Below, in pieces: positions 1-8,958 of a DNA stretch of 64,000 nt. The stretch's first letter is position 1, and every line of letters starts with the position of its first letter. The translations under genes and the position numbers were made by a program. Source of the stretch: Bacteroidales bacterium (GTDB lineage Bacteria > Bacteroidota > Bacteroidia > Bacteroidales > UBA1402). The stretch is from contig JAFUDT010000014.1 of the NCBI GenBank assembly GCA_017464285.1, forward strand, positions 91,787 to 155,786, in the 5' to 3' direction. A model generated the notes under the pieces. The model ran no database searches, was not told the DNA's origin, and worked only from the letters and a program-made list of their open reading frames with translations.

Positions 1-554
1 GTACGCTGCTCAGAGGTGAGAGTGATATCGACATAGTTGGTATAATTGCTGTTGCTGCCGTATTTGTCATCGGCCTGGGTCTTGTTGTAACGTGCCGCCG
101 TATAAGTGCCCAATGCAATGCCGGCGCCACCTTCGACCGAAGCCGAAAACGAGACACCGTTCTCGACGTCGGTGGCAAAACGCTGAATATAGGCACATAT
201 CCTGGTGGGGGTAAACGTGAACCCGGCAGAAGGTTTGACCTGCCATTTCACAGCCTTGTCGCTGCCGGCCGGGTTCAGCTTGACAAAAGTGACCTTGTTG
301 CCCTCGGCCGTCACCGCCTGCCCGGTACCCGTGCCGGTAATGGTAATATCTCCCAAATCGGCTGCAGCCAAGGCAAAAGCCCCGTCTGGAGTCACAGTAT
401 TGGCTGCCCCGACGGCGGTAGTATTGAAATTCCAGACGAGCAGCGCTTCCTCATCCTGATAGACCACCGGATCAGACTGCTCCTGAGCCGCCGTCGGCAG
501 CCACCCTGCCAGCAGGCAGATGAGCCCTGTACATATCAGACCAGACTTTTCCAT
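1..554 (-). CDS. Secreted hypothetical protein, 3' end cut by window edge
   Basis: Not in the ORF track because it runs off the edge. Reverse-strand ATG at 554-552 opens a frame reading MEKSGLICTGLICLLAGWLPTAAQEQSDPVVYQDEEALLVWNFNTT..., which stays open to position 1. The N-terminus is a hydrophobic signal peptide. The 205..459 + ORF is its antisense shadow. Confidence 0.5.
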   Translation of the reverse strand, partial: MEKSGLICTGLICLLAGWLPTAAQEQSDPVVYQDEEALLVWNFNTTAVGAANTVTPDGAFALAAADLGDITITGTGTGQAVTAEGNKVTFVKLNPAGSDKAVKWQVKPSAGFTFTPTRICAYIQRFATDVENGVSFSASVEGGAGIALGTYTAARYNKTQADDKYGSNSNYTNYVDITLTSEQR

Positions 555-623
555 AAACTATGCCGTAATGTATAAATATTCAACCAATTGTCAATAGACT
601 TACAAAGTTAGTGCAAGCCGAGC

Positions 624-649
624 GTAATCGCAAAATTATTTGCGATTAC
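624..649. promoter_or_regulatory. Perfect 11-bp inverted repeat (gtaatcgcaaa-atta-tttgcgattac) upstream of the AGCS symporter gene
   Basis: Read directly from the sequence: 11-bp arms with a 4-nt spacer, about 145 nt upstream of the ATG at 793. Candidate operator or RNA hairpin. Confidence 0.35.
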
Positions 650-792
650 AAGGATTTTAAGACGGGCTGCCGGCCCAAGCTTGCTTGAGGGAGGTCGGCC
701 GGAATAAAAAAATCGCCTGAATAATTTGCATCCACCGGAGAGCTGTCATTAATTTGCAGCCGAATTGTCGGCCACACTACACCTGTGACAAC

Positions 793-2190
793 ATGCTCGG
801 AATACTGAACCAGATTAACGATGCCCTGTGGGGCTACCTGCTTATCGCCGCGCTGATAGGCTGCGGACTGTGGTTTACCTGGCGCAGCCGTTTCGTACAG
901 TTCCGGATGGCAGGCGAAATGCTGCGCCTGCTCGGCGATTCATCGTCCCGACCTGGAAGCGGCGAGCGGCATATTTCATCGTTTCAGGCATTTGCCGTGT
1001 CACTGGCCTCACGCGTAGGGACAGGCAATCTGGCCGGGGTAGCCACAGCTATCGCCGTAGGCGGTCCCGGAGCCGTGTTCTGGATGTGGGTGATGGCCTT
1101 GGTGGGTGCGGCAACCGCTTTTGTAGAGTCAACACTGGGTCAGCTCTTCAAACAGCGCCACCGCGACTCGTTCATCGGCGGTCCGGCCTATTACATACAG
1201 CGAGGTCTGCACTGTCGGTGGATGGCCGTACTCTTTGCCATACTCATCACCCTGTCGTTCGGACTGGCCAACAATTCAGTGCAGACCAACACCATCTGCG
1301 GAGCCATGCAGGGAGCTTTCGGCTGGAATCCCGCTGTGACAGGGGGGATACTGGTGGTCATGACCCTGATCATTGTATTCGGCGGCATACAGCGCATCGC
1401 CAAGGTCAGCTCGGTGCTGGTGCCGGTCATGGCCGTCGGCTATTTCGTGCTGGCAGTCGTGATTATCGTCATGAACATACAGCAGATTCCCCATGTACTG
1501 GGAGTCATTGTCAAGAGTGCTTTCGGCCTTGAGCAGGCTGTGGGAGGTACTCTGGGGGCCGCCATCATGAACGGAGTGAAGCGCGGCCTGTTCAGCAACG
1601 AGGCCGGTGAAGGTAGCGCACCCAACGCAGCCGCGACGGCCCATGTATCCCACCCCGTCAAGCAAGGGCTCATACAAGCTCTGGGCGTCTTTACCGATAC
1701 ACTGGTGGTCTGTTCCTGTACAGCCTTCATCATCCTTATCAGCGGGCTCTACACCTCGCCCGAGCTGAACGGCATCATGCTCACCCAGTCGGCTCTGGTG
1801 TCGGAAGTGGGTTCCTGGGGGGCCATATTCGTAGCCATAGCCATCTTTCTCTTTGCCTACTCGTCAATCATCGGCAATTACTACTACGGCGAGGCCAACG
1901 TCCGGTTCATGACCTCCAGCCGCCGGGCCATAACCCTCTATCGGCTGTTGTCGGGCGGCCTGATGGTGATGTTCGGGGCCCTGACCACGCTCGAAGTGGT
2001 ATGGAGTATGATCGACCTGTGCATGGCCCTGCTGACAGCCTGCAATCTGGTGGCCATTGCCCTGCTGGGCAAATATGCCTTCCGCCTGCTGGACGACTAT
2101 CGCCGACAGAAAAAACAAGGCATCAAAGACCCCATATTCCACCGCCGCCAACTGCCCGAGATAGAACAGGATATCGACTGCTGGGAATAA
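793..2190 (+). CDS. Alanine/glycine:cation symporter (AGCS family)
   Basis: ORF 754..2190, with the likely start at internal Met 793 (MLGILNQINDALWGYLLIAALIGCGLWFTWRSRFVQFR...). It is multi-TM, and the N-terminal pattern is typical of AgcS-family transporters. Confidence 0.88.
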   Translation: MLGILNQINDALWGYLLIAALIGCGLWFTWRSRFVQFRMAGEMLRLLGDSSSRPGSGERHISSFQAFAVSLASRVGTGNLAGVATAIAVGGPGAVFWMWVMALVGAATAFVESTLGQLFKQRHRDSFIGGPAYYIQRGLHCRWMAVLFAILITLSFGLANNSVQTNTICGAMQGAFGWNPAVTGGILVVMTLIIVFGGIQRIAKVSSVLVPVMAVGYFVLAVVIIVMNIQQIPHVLGVIVKSAFGLEQAVGGTLGAAIMNGVKRGLFSNEAGEGSAPNAAATAHVSHPVKQGLIQALGVFTDTLVVCSCTAFIILISGLYTSPELNGIMLTQSALVSEVGSWGAIFVAIAIFLFAYSSIIGNYYYGEANVRFMTSSRRAITLYRLLSGGLMVMFGALTTLEVVWSMIDLCMALLTACNLVAIALLGKYAFRLLDDYRRQKKQGIKDPIFHRRQLPEIEQDIDCWE

Positions 2191-2206
2191 CCGGCTTCCA
2201 ACCGGA

Positions 2207-2244
2207 CAAAAAACCGGAGCACCCGACTGGACACTCCGGTTTTC
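2207..2244. terminator. Hairpin between convergent genes (candidate bidirectional terminator)
   Basis: accggag (2213-2219) pairs with ctccggt (2234-2240). It is flanked by an A-run upstream and tttt downstream, and sits between the stops at 2190 (+) and 2269 (-). Confidence 0.45.
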
Positions 2245-2268
2245 TTATACCATCTCTCTTGACGAAGA

Positions 2269-4017
2269 CTATTCGGCGCTCCGGTTTCCGGCAGCACGGA
2301 AGAAAGGCAGTTCCTCCTCAATAAAGCTCTTGACATAGACACTCTTGCCCACGACATCCTCCTGAGCCTGACGGACATAGACATTGGCCGACTTGAAGAA
2401 GCGGGCAGCGCACTCGTGGCCCTGCTTTTCGGCACGGGTAGCGTCGTCGAGGATGAGCAGCGACATGATGATTTCGGCCGTCATGTCGTAGAGACGACGG
2501 GCCAGGAAATCCTGCACCTCCTGGTTATTGCATTCCTTCACGTAGCTGACGCTCTGTTCGTAAAGTTCCACCATCTTCTCGACGCGCACCTTGAGGGGCA
2601 TCAGGGCCTCGGCCACTTGGGCGCCAAGCATATCCCTGATGAGCGACAGATAAGTGCCGTTGGTGATATAGCGGACGGCGGCCACCACCTGCAGCTGGGT
2701 CGTACCTTCGTAGATGGAGAAGATGCGGGCATCGCGGTAGAGACGCTGGCTCTTGTATTCCATGATGAAGCCCGAGCCGCCATGAATGGAAATGGCGTCG
2801 TAGGCATTCTGGTTGGCATATTCAGAATTCATACCCTTGGCCAGTGGCGTAAAGGCATCGGCCAGGCGGGAGAATTTCTTCATTTCCTCGCGCTCGTCGG
2901 CCGTCAGCGGGCGCTCGCGCTGAATATCCTCCAGCGATTTGTATATATCCACATAGCGTGAGGTCTGGTACAGCAGTGAACGGCCGGCATCCAGTTTGGC
3001 CTGCATACGGGAGAGCATGTCGTAGACCGCCGGGAATTCGATGATCTTCTGACCGAACTGGGCACGTTCCCTGGCATAGGCCAGACCTTCGTTGTAGGCC
3101 TCCTGTTCCACGCCGACGCTCTGGGCGGCGATGCCCAGACGGGCTCCGTTCATCAGGGCCATCACATATTTGATCAGCCCCAGCTTGCGCGAACCGCAGA
3201 GCTCGGCCTTGGCATTCTTGTAGGTCAGCTCGCAGGTGGGACTGCCGTGGATGCCCAGCTTGTGCTCGATGTGGCGGACATTGACACCGCCCTGGTTCTT
3301 GTCGTAGATGAACATCGACAGGCCGCGTCCGTCCTTGGTGCCTTCCTCGCTTCGGGCCAGCACCAGATGGATGTCGCTATCGCCGTTGGTGATGAAGCGC
3401 TTCACTCCGTTCAGACGCCAGCAGTCTTCCTTCTCGTCGTAGGTAGCCTTGAGCGTGACACGCTGCAGGTCTGATCCGGCATCGGGCTCAGTCAGGTCCA
3501 TCGACATGGTCTCCCCGGCACAAATACGCGGAATATACTTCTGACGCTGTTCCTCGCTGCCGAACTCGTAGAGTGTGTCGATGCAGCTCTGCAGGCTCCA
3601 GATATTCTGGAAACCGGCATCGGCGGCCGAGATGACTTCACTCATCATGGAAAAGACTACGCTGGGCACGTTCAGACCGCCGTAGCGACGGGGCATAGAC
3701 ACGCCATAGAGCCCGGCCTTGCGCGTAGCATCCAGGTTTTCGAAAGTCTTGGAGGCATAGATCATGCGCCCGTTCTCCAGATGCGGCCCCTCCAGGTCGA
3801 CACTTTCCGCGTTGGGCTCAATGATATTGGCTGCCACATCCCCGGTGATGTCGAGTATCTGCCGGTAATTTTCGATGGCATCTGCATAATCGACAGGGGC
3901 ATCTTCAAACTTGTCCTTGTCGGCATAGCCTTTTTCCTTGAGCTCAACAAGGCGCTGCATGAGCGGATGTTCCAGATGGAAGCCTATTTCGGGATGATCG
4001 CTATAATAGTTTGCCAT
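2269..4017 (-). CDS. Acyl-CoA dehydrogenase, long form (about 582 aa)
   Basis: ORF 2269..4074, with the likely start MANYYSDHPEIGF at 4017. ACAD-like motifs are present (GLYGVSMPRRYGG, TEPDAGSD, YEGTTQLQ). It lies in an operon with etfBA. Confidence 0.9.
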   Translation of the reverse strand: MANYYSDHPEIGFHLEHPLMQRLVELKEKGYADKDKFEDAPVDYADAIENYRQILDITGDVAANIIEPNAESVDLEGPHLENGRMIYASKTFENLDATRKAGLYGVSMPRRYGGLNVPSVVFSMMSEVISAADAGFQNIWSLQSCIDTLYEFGSEEQRQKYIPRICAGETMSMDLTEPDAGSDLQRVTLKATYDEKEDCWRLNGVKRFITNGDSDIHLVLARSEEGTKDGRGLSMFIYDKNQGGVNVRHIEHKLGIHGSPTCELTYKNAKAELCGSRKLGLIKYVMALMNGARLGIAAQSVGVEQEAYNEGLAYARERAQFGQKIIEFPAVYDMLSRMQAKLDAGRSLLYQTSRYVDIYKSLEDIQRERPLTADEREEMKKFSRLADAFTPLAKGMNSEYANQNAYDAISIHGGSGFIMEYKSQRLYRDARIFSIYEGTTQLQVVAAVRYITNGTYLSLIRDMLGAQVAEALMPLKVRVEKMVELYEQSVSYVKECNNQEVQDFLARRLYDMTAEIIMSLLILDDATRAEKQGHECAARFFKSANVYVRQAQEDVVGKSVYVKSFIEEELPFFRAAGNRSAE

Positions 4018-4033
4018 AATTCCTGTATTTAAG

Positions 4034-4201
4034 TTATTTCTCCTGACTTTTCTTTTCCTGCCGGTACAGAGCAAGCGACAGGCAGAGCAATCCCACCAGC
4101 ATCAGGGCACAGAGCACCTTGCCCGCCGGAGTTGTCTCAATGAACAGACCGGCGCAGCTGACGCCGCAGAGGACATAAAGAATGATTTGCCAGGATTTCA
4201 T
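4034..4201 (-). CDS. Small 55-aa two-TM membrane protein between etfA and the acyl-CoA dehydrogenase gene
   Basis: Below the ORF-track cutoff; translated by hand as MKSWQIILYVLCGVSCAGLFIETTPAGKVLCALMLVGLLCLSLALYRQEKKSQEK*. Its ATG starts 1 nt after the etfA stop (TAA C ATG). Its stop lies 16 nt before the ACAD ATG. Confidence 0.5.
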   Translation of the reverse strand: MKSWQIILYVLCGVSCAGLFIETTPAGKVLCALMLVGLLCLSLALYRQEKKSQEK

Positions 4202-4202
4202 G

Positions 4203-5225
4203 TTATTTCGAATTCTGTTTATAGTATTTGATCAGTTTGGGAACGACCTCCTCCACTGTGCCGACAATGACATAGTCGGCTATCTGGTTGATAGGTGCCT
4301 CCGGGTCACTGTTCACACTGATGATGATACCGCTGTCCTGCATACCGGCCAGATGCTGGATCTGTCCGGAAATGCCGCAGGCGATATACACCTTGGGATG
4401 CACTGTGACACCCGTCTGGCCGATCTGACGATCGTGGTCGATCCAACCGGCATCGACGGCGGCACGCGAACCGCCCACTTCACCATGCAGCACCTTGGCC
4501 AGCTGGAAAAGCTGTTCGAAGCCTTCCTTGGAGCCAACCCCATAACCGCCGGCAACGACAATAGGTGCACCTTTCAGGTTGTGCTTGGCAGCCTCGACAT
4601 GATGGTCGAGCACCTTGACGACAAAAGCCTCAGGGCTGACATATTCCGATACGGCGGGATAGACCACCTCGCCGCGGGCCTTGCCGTCATAGACCGCCTT
4701 CTGCATCACGCCGCTGCGGACAGTGGCCATCTGGGGACGATGGTCGGGATTGACAATCGTAGCCACAATGTTGCCGCCAAAAGCGGGACGGATCTGATAG
4801 AGTAGCTGATCGTAGGTCTTGCCCGATTTCTTGTCCTCGTAGGGACCGATTTCCAGCTCGGTGCAGTCGGCCGTCAGGCCGCTGGTCAGGGAGGAGGAGA
4901 CCCGGGGACCCAGGTCACGTCCGATGACCGTGGCACCCATCAGGCAGATCTGCGGCTGCTCCTCCTTGAAAAGATTCACCAGGATATCCGTATGAGGAGC
5001 TGAAGTATAGGGGAACAGTTCCGGAGCATCGAAGACAAAAAGTTTATCGACGCCGTAAGGCAGAATCTGCTGTTCCACCCGGCCCTTGATATCCGTACCG
5101 GCCACGACGGCATGGAGTTCCACGCCCAGAGTGTTGGCCAGCTTGCGGCCTTTGGTCAGTAGTTCTTGAGAAACTTCCTGAACCAGGGTGCCTTCTATTT
5201 CTACATATACAAATACATTGTTCAT
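4203..5225 (-). CDS. etfA: Electron transfer flavoprotein, alpha subunit
   Basis: 340-aa ORF with the C-terminal FAD-binding region (PKVYIACGISGQIQHLAGM). Adjacent to etfB and an ACAD gene. Confidence 0.92.
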   Translation of the reverse strand: MNNVFVYVEIEGTLVQEVSQELLTKGRKLANTLGVELHAVVAGTDIKGRVEQQILPYGVDKLFVFDAPELFPYTSAPHTDILVNLFKEEQPQICLMGATVIGRDLGPRVSSSLTSGLTADCTELEIGPYEDKKSGKTYDQLLYQIRPAFGGNIVATIVNPDHRPQMATVRSGVMQKAVYDGKARGEVVYPAVSEYVSPEAFVVKVLDHHVEAAKHNLKGAPIVVAGGYGVGSKEGFEQLFQLAKVLHGEVGGSRAAVDAGWIDHDRQIGQTGVTVHPKVYIACGISGQIQHLAGMQDSGIIISVNSDPEAPINQIADYVIVGTVEEVVPKLIKYYKQNSK

Positions 5226-5266
5226 AATTCTTTCTTTAGGTAGTTAGCACAGGGCGGACAGCAGTC

Positions 5267-6139
5267 CTAGCCGATAATCTTTTCATCGAGCAGTTCGCGG
5301 ATCATGCCTTCGATGTCGGCATCGGAGGCGGTCAGCGTCTTGGACTCCTTGGCCTGGAAAACGATGTTCTTCACGGCTTTGACCTTAGTGGGCGAACCGG
5401 CCAGACCGCACTGCCCTGGGTCGCCGTCCACATCGGCCACCGACCACTGGTTCAGGGTCAGGTAGGGACGTTCCTTGTAAAGATGGTCGTAAGGAGTCCC
5501 CTCCTCGGGGCGTTCCATAGGGCAGGTGGCACGCTTGTACTTGAGCACCAGTTTGGCGTTCTGGGGACGACAGGGAGCGGCACTGCCGTTGACGGTGATA
5601 ACCACGGGCAGCGGAGCGACCACCGTTTCCACACCACCGTCGATATGACGCCGTATGGTGGCCTTGCCATCCTCCACCTTGAGAATCTCCTCGGCGTAGG
5701 TCACCTGGTTGAGTCCAAGCTTCTGAGCCACCTGGGGGCCCACCTGGGCCGTATCGCCGTCAATGGCCTGCCGGCCGCCGATGACGATATCGACATCGCC
5801 TATTTTCCTGATGGCTGTTGCCAAAGCGTATGAAGTGGCCAAAGTATCGGCACCGGCAAACAGGCGGTCGGTCAGCAGCCAGCCCGTATCGGCTCCGCGG
5901 TACAATCCCTGACGAATGATCTCTCCGGCCCGGGGAGGCCCCATGGTCAACACGCCGACCGTCGAGCCCGGATGCTGCTCCTTGAGACGGAGTGCCTGTT
6001 CCAGCGCATTCAGATCTTCCGGATTAAAAATAGCCGGCAAAGCTGCACGGTTCACAGTTCCTTCTGCGGTCATCGCGTCTTTGCCGACATTTCTTGTGTC
6101 TGGTACCTGCTTGGCAAGTACTACTATCTTCAATCCCAT
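5267..6139 (-). CDS. etfB: Electron transfer flavoprotein, beta subunit
   Basis: 290-aa ORF starting MGLKIVVLAKQVPDT..., typical of EtfB. It is the first gene of the etfB-etfA-sORF-acd operon. Confidence 0.92.
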   Translation of the reverse strand: MGLKIVVLAKQVPDTRNVGKDAMTAEGTVNRAALPAIFNPEDLNALEQALRLKEQHPGSTVGVLTMGPPRAGEIIRQGLYRGADTGWLLTDRLFAGADTLATSYALATAIRKIGDVDIVIGGRQAIDGDTAQVGPQVAQKLGLNQVTYAEEILKVEDGKATIRRHIDGGVETVVAPLPVVITVNGSAAPCRPQNAKLVLKYKRATCPMERPEEGTPYDHLYKERPYLTLNQWSVADVDGDPGQCGLAGSPTKVKAVKNIVFQAKESKTLTASDADIEGMIRELLDEKIIG

Positions 6140-6180
6140 ATCAAAACATTTTAGGTAAATACTTCCGGTTTAGTCGGCCG

Positions 6181-6188
6181 CAAAAGTA
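6181..6188 (-). promoter_or_regulatory. Bacteroidetes -7 promoter box (TACTTTTG on minus strand) for the etf operon
   Basis: The plus-strand caaaagta equals the minus-strand TAnnTTTG consensus. It lies 42 nt upstream of the etfB ATG. Confidence 0.4.
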
Positions 6189-6373
6189 CGAACTTTTCCC
6201 CGAGCCACCAAATCAGTGCCGCGGGCTCCTCTCGATTTTCACCTCGTAAAGCCTGGCCACCGGAAAGTAGCGCCTGGTCTCGATCAGGTCATCATCAGGA
6301 GTAAGCGGAACGCTTCTTTTCATCAGTTTGCCTTTTATCTTGTCGGGATGCACTCTCGACACATGGAGATACT

Positions 6374-7360
6374 CTAAATTGGCTGCCAAGATGGTCCGAA
6401 ATATGACATATCAGCCTCGGGGTCATAGGGTACACCCATAATGCCGGCATAGTCTCTCCACAGGCAGCTCGCAGCTATTCCGACCACTTCGTAACGTTTA
6501 GAGTCGATACTGACCCAATCAGGGATGATGAGCGAGTCTATGCTGTCATCAACAATGAACGAGACATCATAACCATCATCAGCAAAATCAGACAGAGCAT
6601 AAACCCAGTGTGCCACCTTCTGAATAGTGCCTTCATATTTTTCACGATACAGTTTTCTATACTCATCCTTAAAGTCCTTGCCGTCAAACTCAAAGGTAAC
6701 ATCTACATTAACACTGGATATATCACCACAAAATGATGAAAAGAGTTCTAAATCTAAATGATTAACGGGGATGGCTCGGAGTGATACTGATTCCATTACA
6801 GGCCAATCATGTTCGGAATAAAACGTCTTGATCAGACGGCGCAATGAGTCAGCAACGGCAATTTGTTTCTCCATACGCTCAGCCTCATTGTCTCTGATGG
6901 CACTCATTACTTCTTTGAATACTGTAACTATGTCGCAACACATTCCGTACGGGGTCCAGCAGCAGGCACCGTCAGACTGATAGAACAGGAAATACGACTG
7001 ACCGTCCAATCCCATATATCTGCTGGCGTATGAAGATGTCATGACGGCATGTTTGGCCAAAAGTCTTAGTGAATTATACAATTCAGGGCTGCAATTTACA
7101 CTGTACTCTTTTCCTTGTTGTGAAACAACCTTAATAGTACCCTGATACATCACCAATGATTCCAATATGGAAGGGGATCTCATCATATCGGACGGCATAA
7201 TGAGATTTACATCAGCAGATTTGACGTAATACTTGTCAAAAAACCTGCCCATAGAATCATATTGCCATCTGGAAATTGGTGAAAACTGATTCTGTGCAGC
7301 AATATTCAGACAAGAAATTGCAATTAACAGCAAGATGCTCAATTGTTCACTCTTCTTCAT
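6374..7360 (-). CDS. Orphan secreted/lipoprotein, Cys-rich, in an AT-richer island
   Basis: ORF 6374..7402. The likely start is MKKSEQLSILLLIAISCLNIAAQ at 7360 (signal peptide or lipobox). I recognise no family. It contains CCWTPYGMCC. GC is visibly lower than the flanks. Confidence 0.7.
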   Translation of the reverse strand: MKKSEQLSILLLIAISCLNIAAQNQFSPISRWQYDSMGRFFDKYYVKSADVNLIMPSDMMRSPSILESLVMYQGTIKVVSQQGKEYSVNCSPELYNSLRLLAKHAVMTSSYASRYMGLDGQSYFLFYQSDGACCWTPYGMCCDIVTVFKEVMSAIRDNEAERMEKQIAVADSLRRLIKTFYSEHDWPVMESVSLRAIPVNHLDLELFSSFCGDISSVNVDVTFEFDGKDFKDEYRKLYREKYEGTIQKVAHWVYALSDFADDGYDVSFIVDDSIDSLIIPDWVSIDSKRYEVVGIAASCLWRDYAGIMGVPYDPEADMSYFGPSWQPI

Positions 7361-7415
7361 ACTGTCCGGTTTCGTGAATTCTACATTTTCATCTTCAAAC
7401 AATTAAAGCAGGAGT

Positions 7416-7423
7416 CAAAGATA
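7416..7423 (-). promoter_or_regulatory. -7 promoter box (TATCTTTG on minus strand) for the orphan gene
   Basis: The plus-strand caaagata matches TAnnTTTG on the minus strand. It lies 56 nt upstream of the ATG at 7360. Confidence 0.35.
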
Positions 7424-7503
7424 GGGAATAATTGTTAGGCATTCCACTCAAAGTGAATAATAAAAAAAGGATCGCTCCTATGGGAAAAGCCTTGAATAAT
7501 GAC

Positions 7504-7511
7504 TAATTTTG
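7504..7511 (+). promoter_or_regulatory. -7 promoter box (TAATTTTG) for the MATE gene
   Basis: Matches TAnnTTTG, 53 nt upstream of the ATG at 7564. Confidence 0.4.
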
Positions 7512-7563
7512 CAGCCGTTTTTCCCGCCCCTGAAAAACAGGGTACATAACAACACAACTTCTT

Positions 7564-8958
7564 ATGGAACAAAACGCTACGCAGAGTATCGACAAGACAC
7601 GCGAACTGGAGACCCGGCACATCGGGCAACTGCTGTGGATGTATGCCCTGCCCTCGGTGGTCAGTCAGATTATTGCATCGCTGTACAATATCGTTGACCG
7701 GGTCTTCATCGGGCAGGGAGTCGGAGCGCTGGCCATCGCCGGCCTGGCCATCACCATGCCGCTGATGAACATCATCCATGCCTTCGGCTCGCTGGTCGGT
7801 GCCGGTTCAGCGGCCCGTCTGTCGATCGTGCTGGGCAAGAAAGACATCAACTGGGCCGAGAAGATCGTCGGCAACAGCATGTTGCTCACCTTCCTGCTCG
7901 GTGCGCTGTTTGTGCCGGGCATCTACCTGTTCATGGACCGCATCCTGGAAATGTTCGGTGCCACAGACAATACCATCGCCTATGCCAAAGAATACATGGT
8001 CATCGTGCTGCCGGGCATGTTCCTGACCACGCTGACTTTCAACCTCACGGGGCTGATTCGTGCCTCGGGCTATCCCAACAAATCGATGTTCATCCTGGCG
8101 GGCGGGGCACTGCTCAATATCCTCCTCGACCCGGTTTTCATCTTCGTTCTCGACTGGGGCATTGCCGGGGCCGCCTGGGCCACCACCATTTCCATGGCCA
8201 TATCGTCGGTCGTAGCCGTAGCCCATTTTATCAGTCCGAAGTCCTTTATCCGCTTCCGTGCTCACGCCTGGGCTCCCAAGCTATATATCTTTCGCAACAT
8301 CACCATGATCGGCCTCAGCCCCTTCCTGATGAACGTGGCAGCTGCCGGCGTGGTGGCCCTGCTCAACGCCCAGCTCATCCGCTACGGCGGAGACCTGGCC
8401 GTCGGTACCCTGGGCATTGTCAACACCTACAGCAATTTCCTGGTACTGCTCATATTGGGCATTTGCCAGGGCATGCAACCCATCGCCGGCTACAACTACG
8501 GCGCCGGGCATCCCCAACGGCTCAGGGAGGTCTATATCCTGACTACCAAAATATGCGTACTGGTCGGGCTGGCCGGCAGCCTGCTTGCCTGCGGCCTGCC
8601 CCGGCCGCTGCTCAGGGCCTTCACTGCCGACCAAGAGCTCATCACCCTGTCCGTGCCGGCCATGCGCTATCTGATGGTCATGTTCCCCTTGATTGGCTTT
8701 ACCATCACCAACTCCAACTTTTTCCAGTCGATCGACAAGCCCTGGATTGCCATCACCACCAGCCTCTCGCGGCAGGTGCTGTTTCTGGCGCCCATGAGCC
8801 TGCTTATCCCCCGGCTATTTGAGTACTGGCAAGGAGACGGCCTGACAGGAGTCTGGCTCTCCTGCACCATTTCCGATGTCATGGGAGCCCTGCTGGCCGG
8901 CCTGTTGCTCTATTCACAACGAAAAGTTTTCACCCATCAACCCACTTCCGATCTATGA
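7564..8958 (+). CDS. MATE family efflux transporter
   Basis: 464 aa with about 12 TM segments. The N-terminus (LLWMYALPSVVSQIIASLYNIVDRVFIGQGVG) is typical of MATE/NorM-type proteins. Confidence 0.88.
   Translation: MEQNATQSIDKTRELETRHIGQLLWMYALPSVVSQIIASLYNIVDRVFIGQGVGALAIAGLAITMPLMNIIHAFGSLVGAGSAARLSIVLGKKDINWAEKIVGNSMLLTFLLGALFVPGIYLFMDRILEMFGATDNTIAYAKEYMVIVLPGMFLTTLTFNLTGLIRASGYPNKSMFILAGGALLNILLDPVFIFVLDWGIAGAAWATTISMAISSVVAVAHFISPKSFIRFRAHAWAPKLYIFRNITMIGLSPFLMNVAAAGVVALLNAQLIRYGGDLAVGTLGIVNTYSNFLVLLILGICQGMQPIAGYNYGAGHPQRLREVYILTTKICVLVGLAGSLLACGLPRPLLRAFTADQELITLSVPAMRYLMVMFPLIGFTITNSNFFQSIDKPWIAITTSLSRQVLFLAPMSLLIPRLFEYWQGDGLTGVWLSCTISDVMGALLAGLLLYSQRKVFTHQPTSDL

Noticed and set aside
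205-459. An 84-aa plus-strand ORF at the left edge.
   Set aside because: It is antisense to the better-supported minus-strand secreted-protein gene (1..554), and its product is low-complexity and Ala/Pro/Ser/Val-rich.
555-792. A glycine riboswitch in front of the AGCS symporter gene (a GGAGAG is present at about 737).
   Set aside because: Only the short GGAGAG string is present. The conserved ACCGAAGGGGCAA-type core and the second aptamer are absent.
6213-6362. A short GC-rich ORF (36-49 aa) between the orphan gene and the etf promoter, considered as a real gene.
   Set aside because: There is no clear start context, no hydrophobic or other recognisable feature, and no promoter of its own. 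It is kept only as a possible gene remnant within the island finding.
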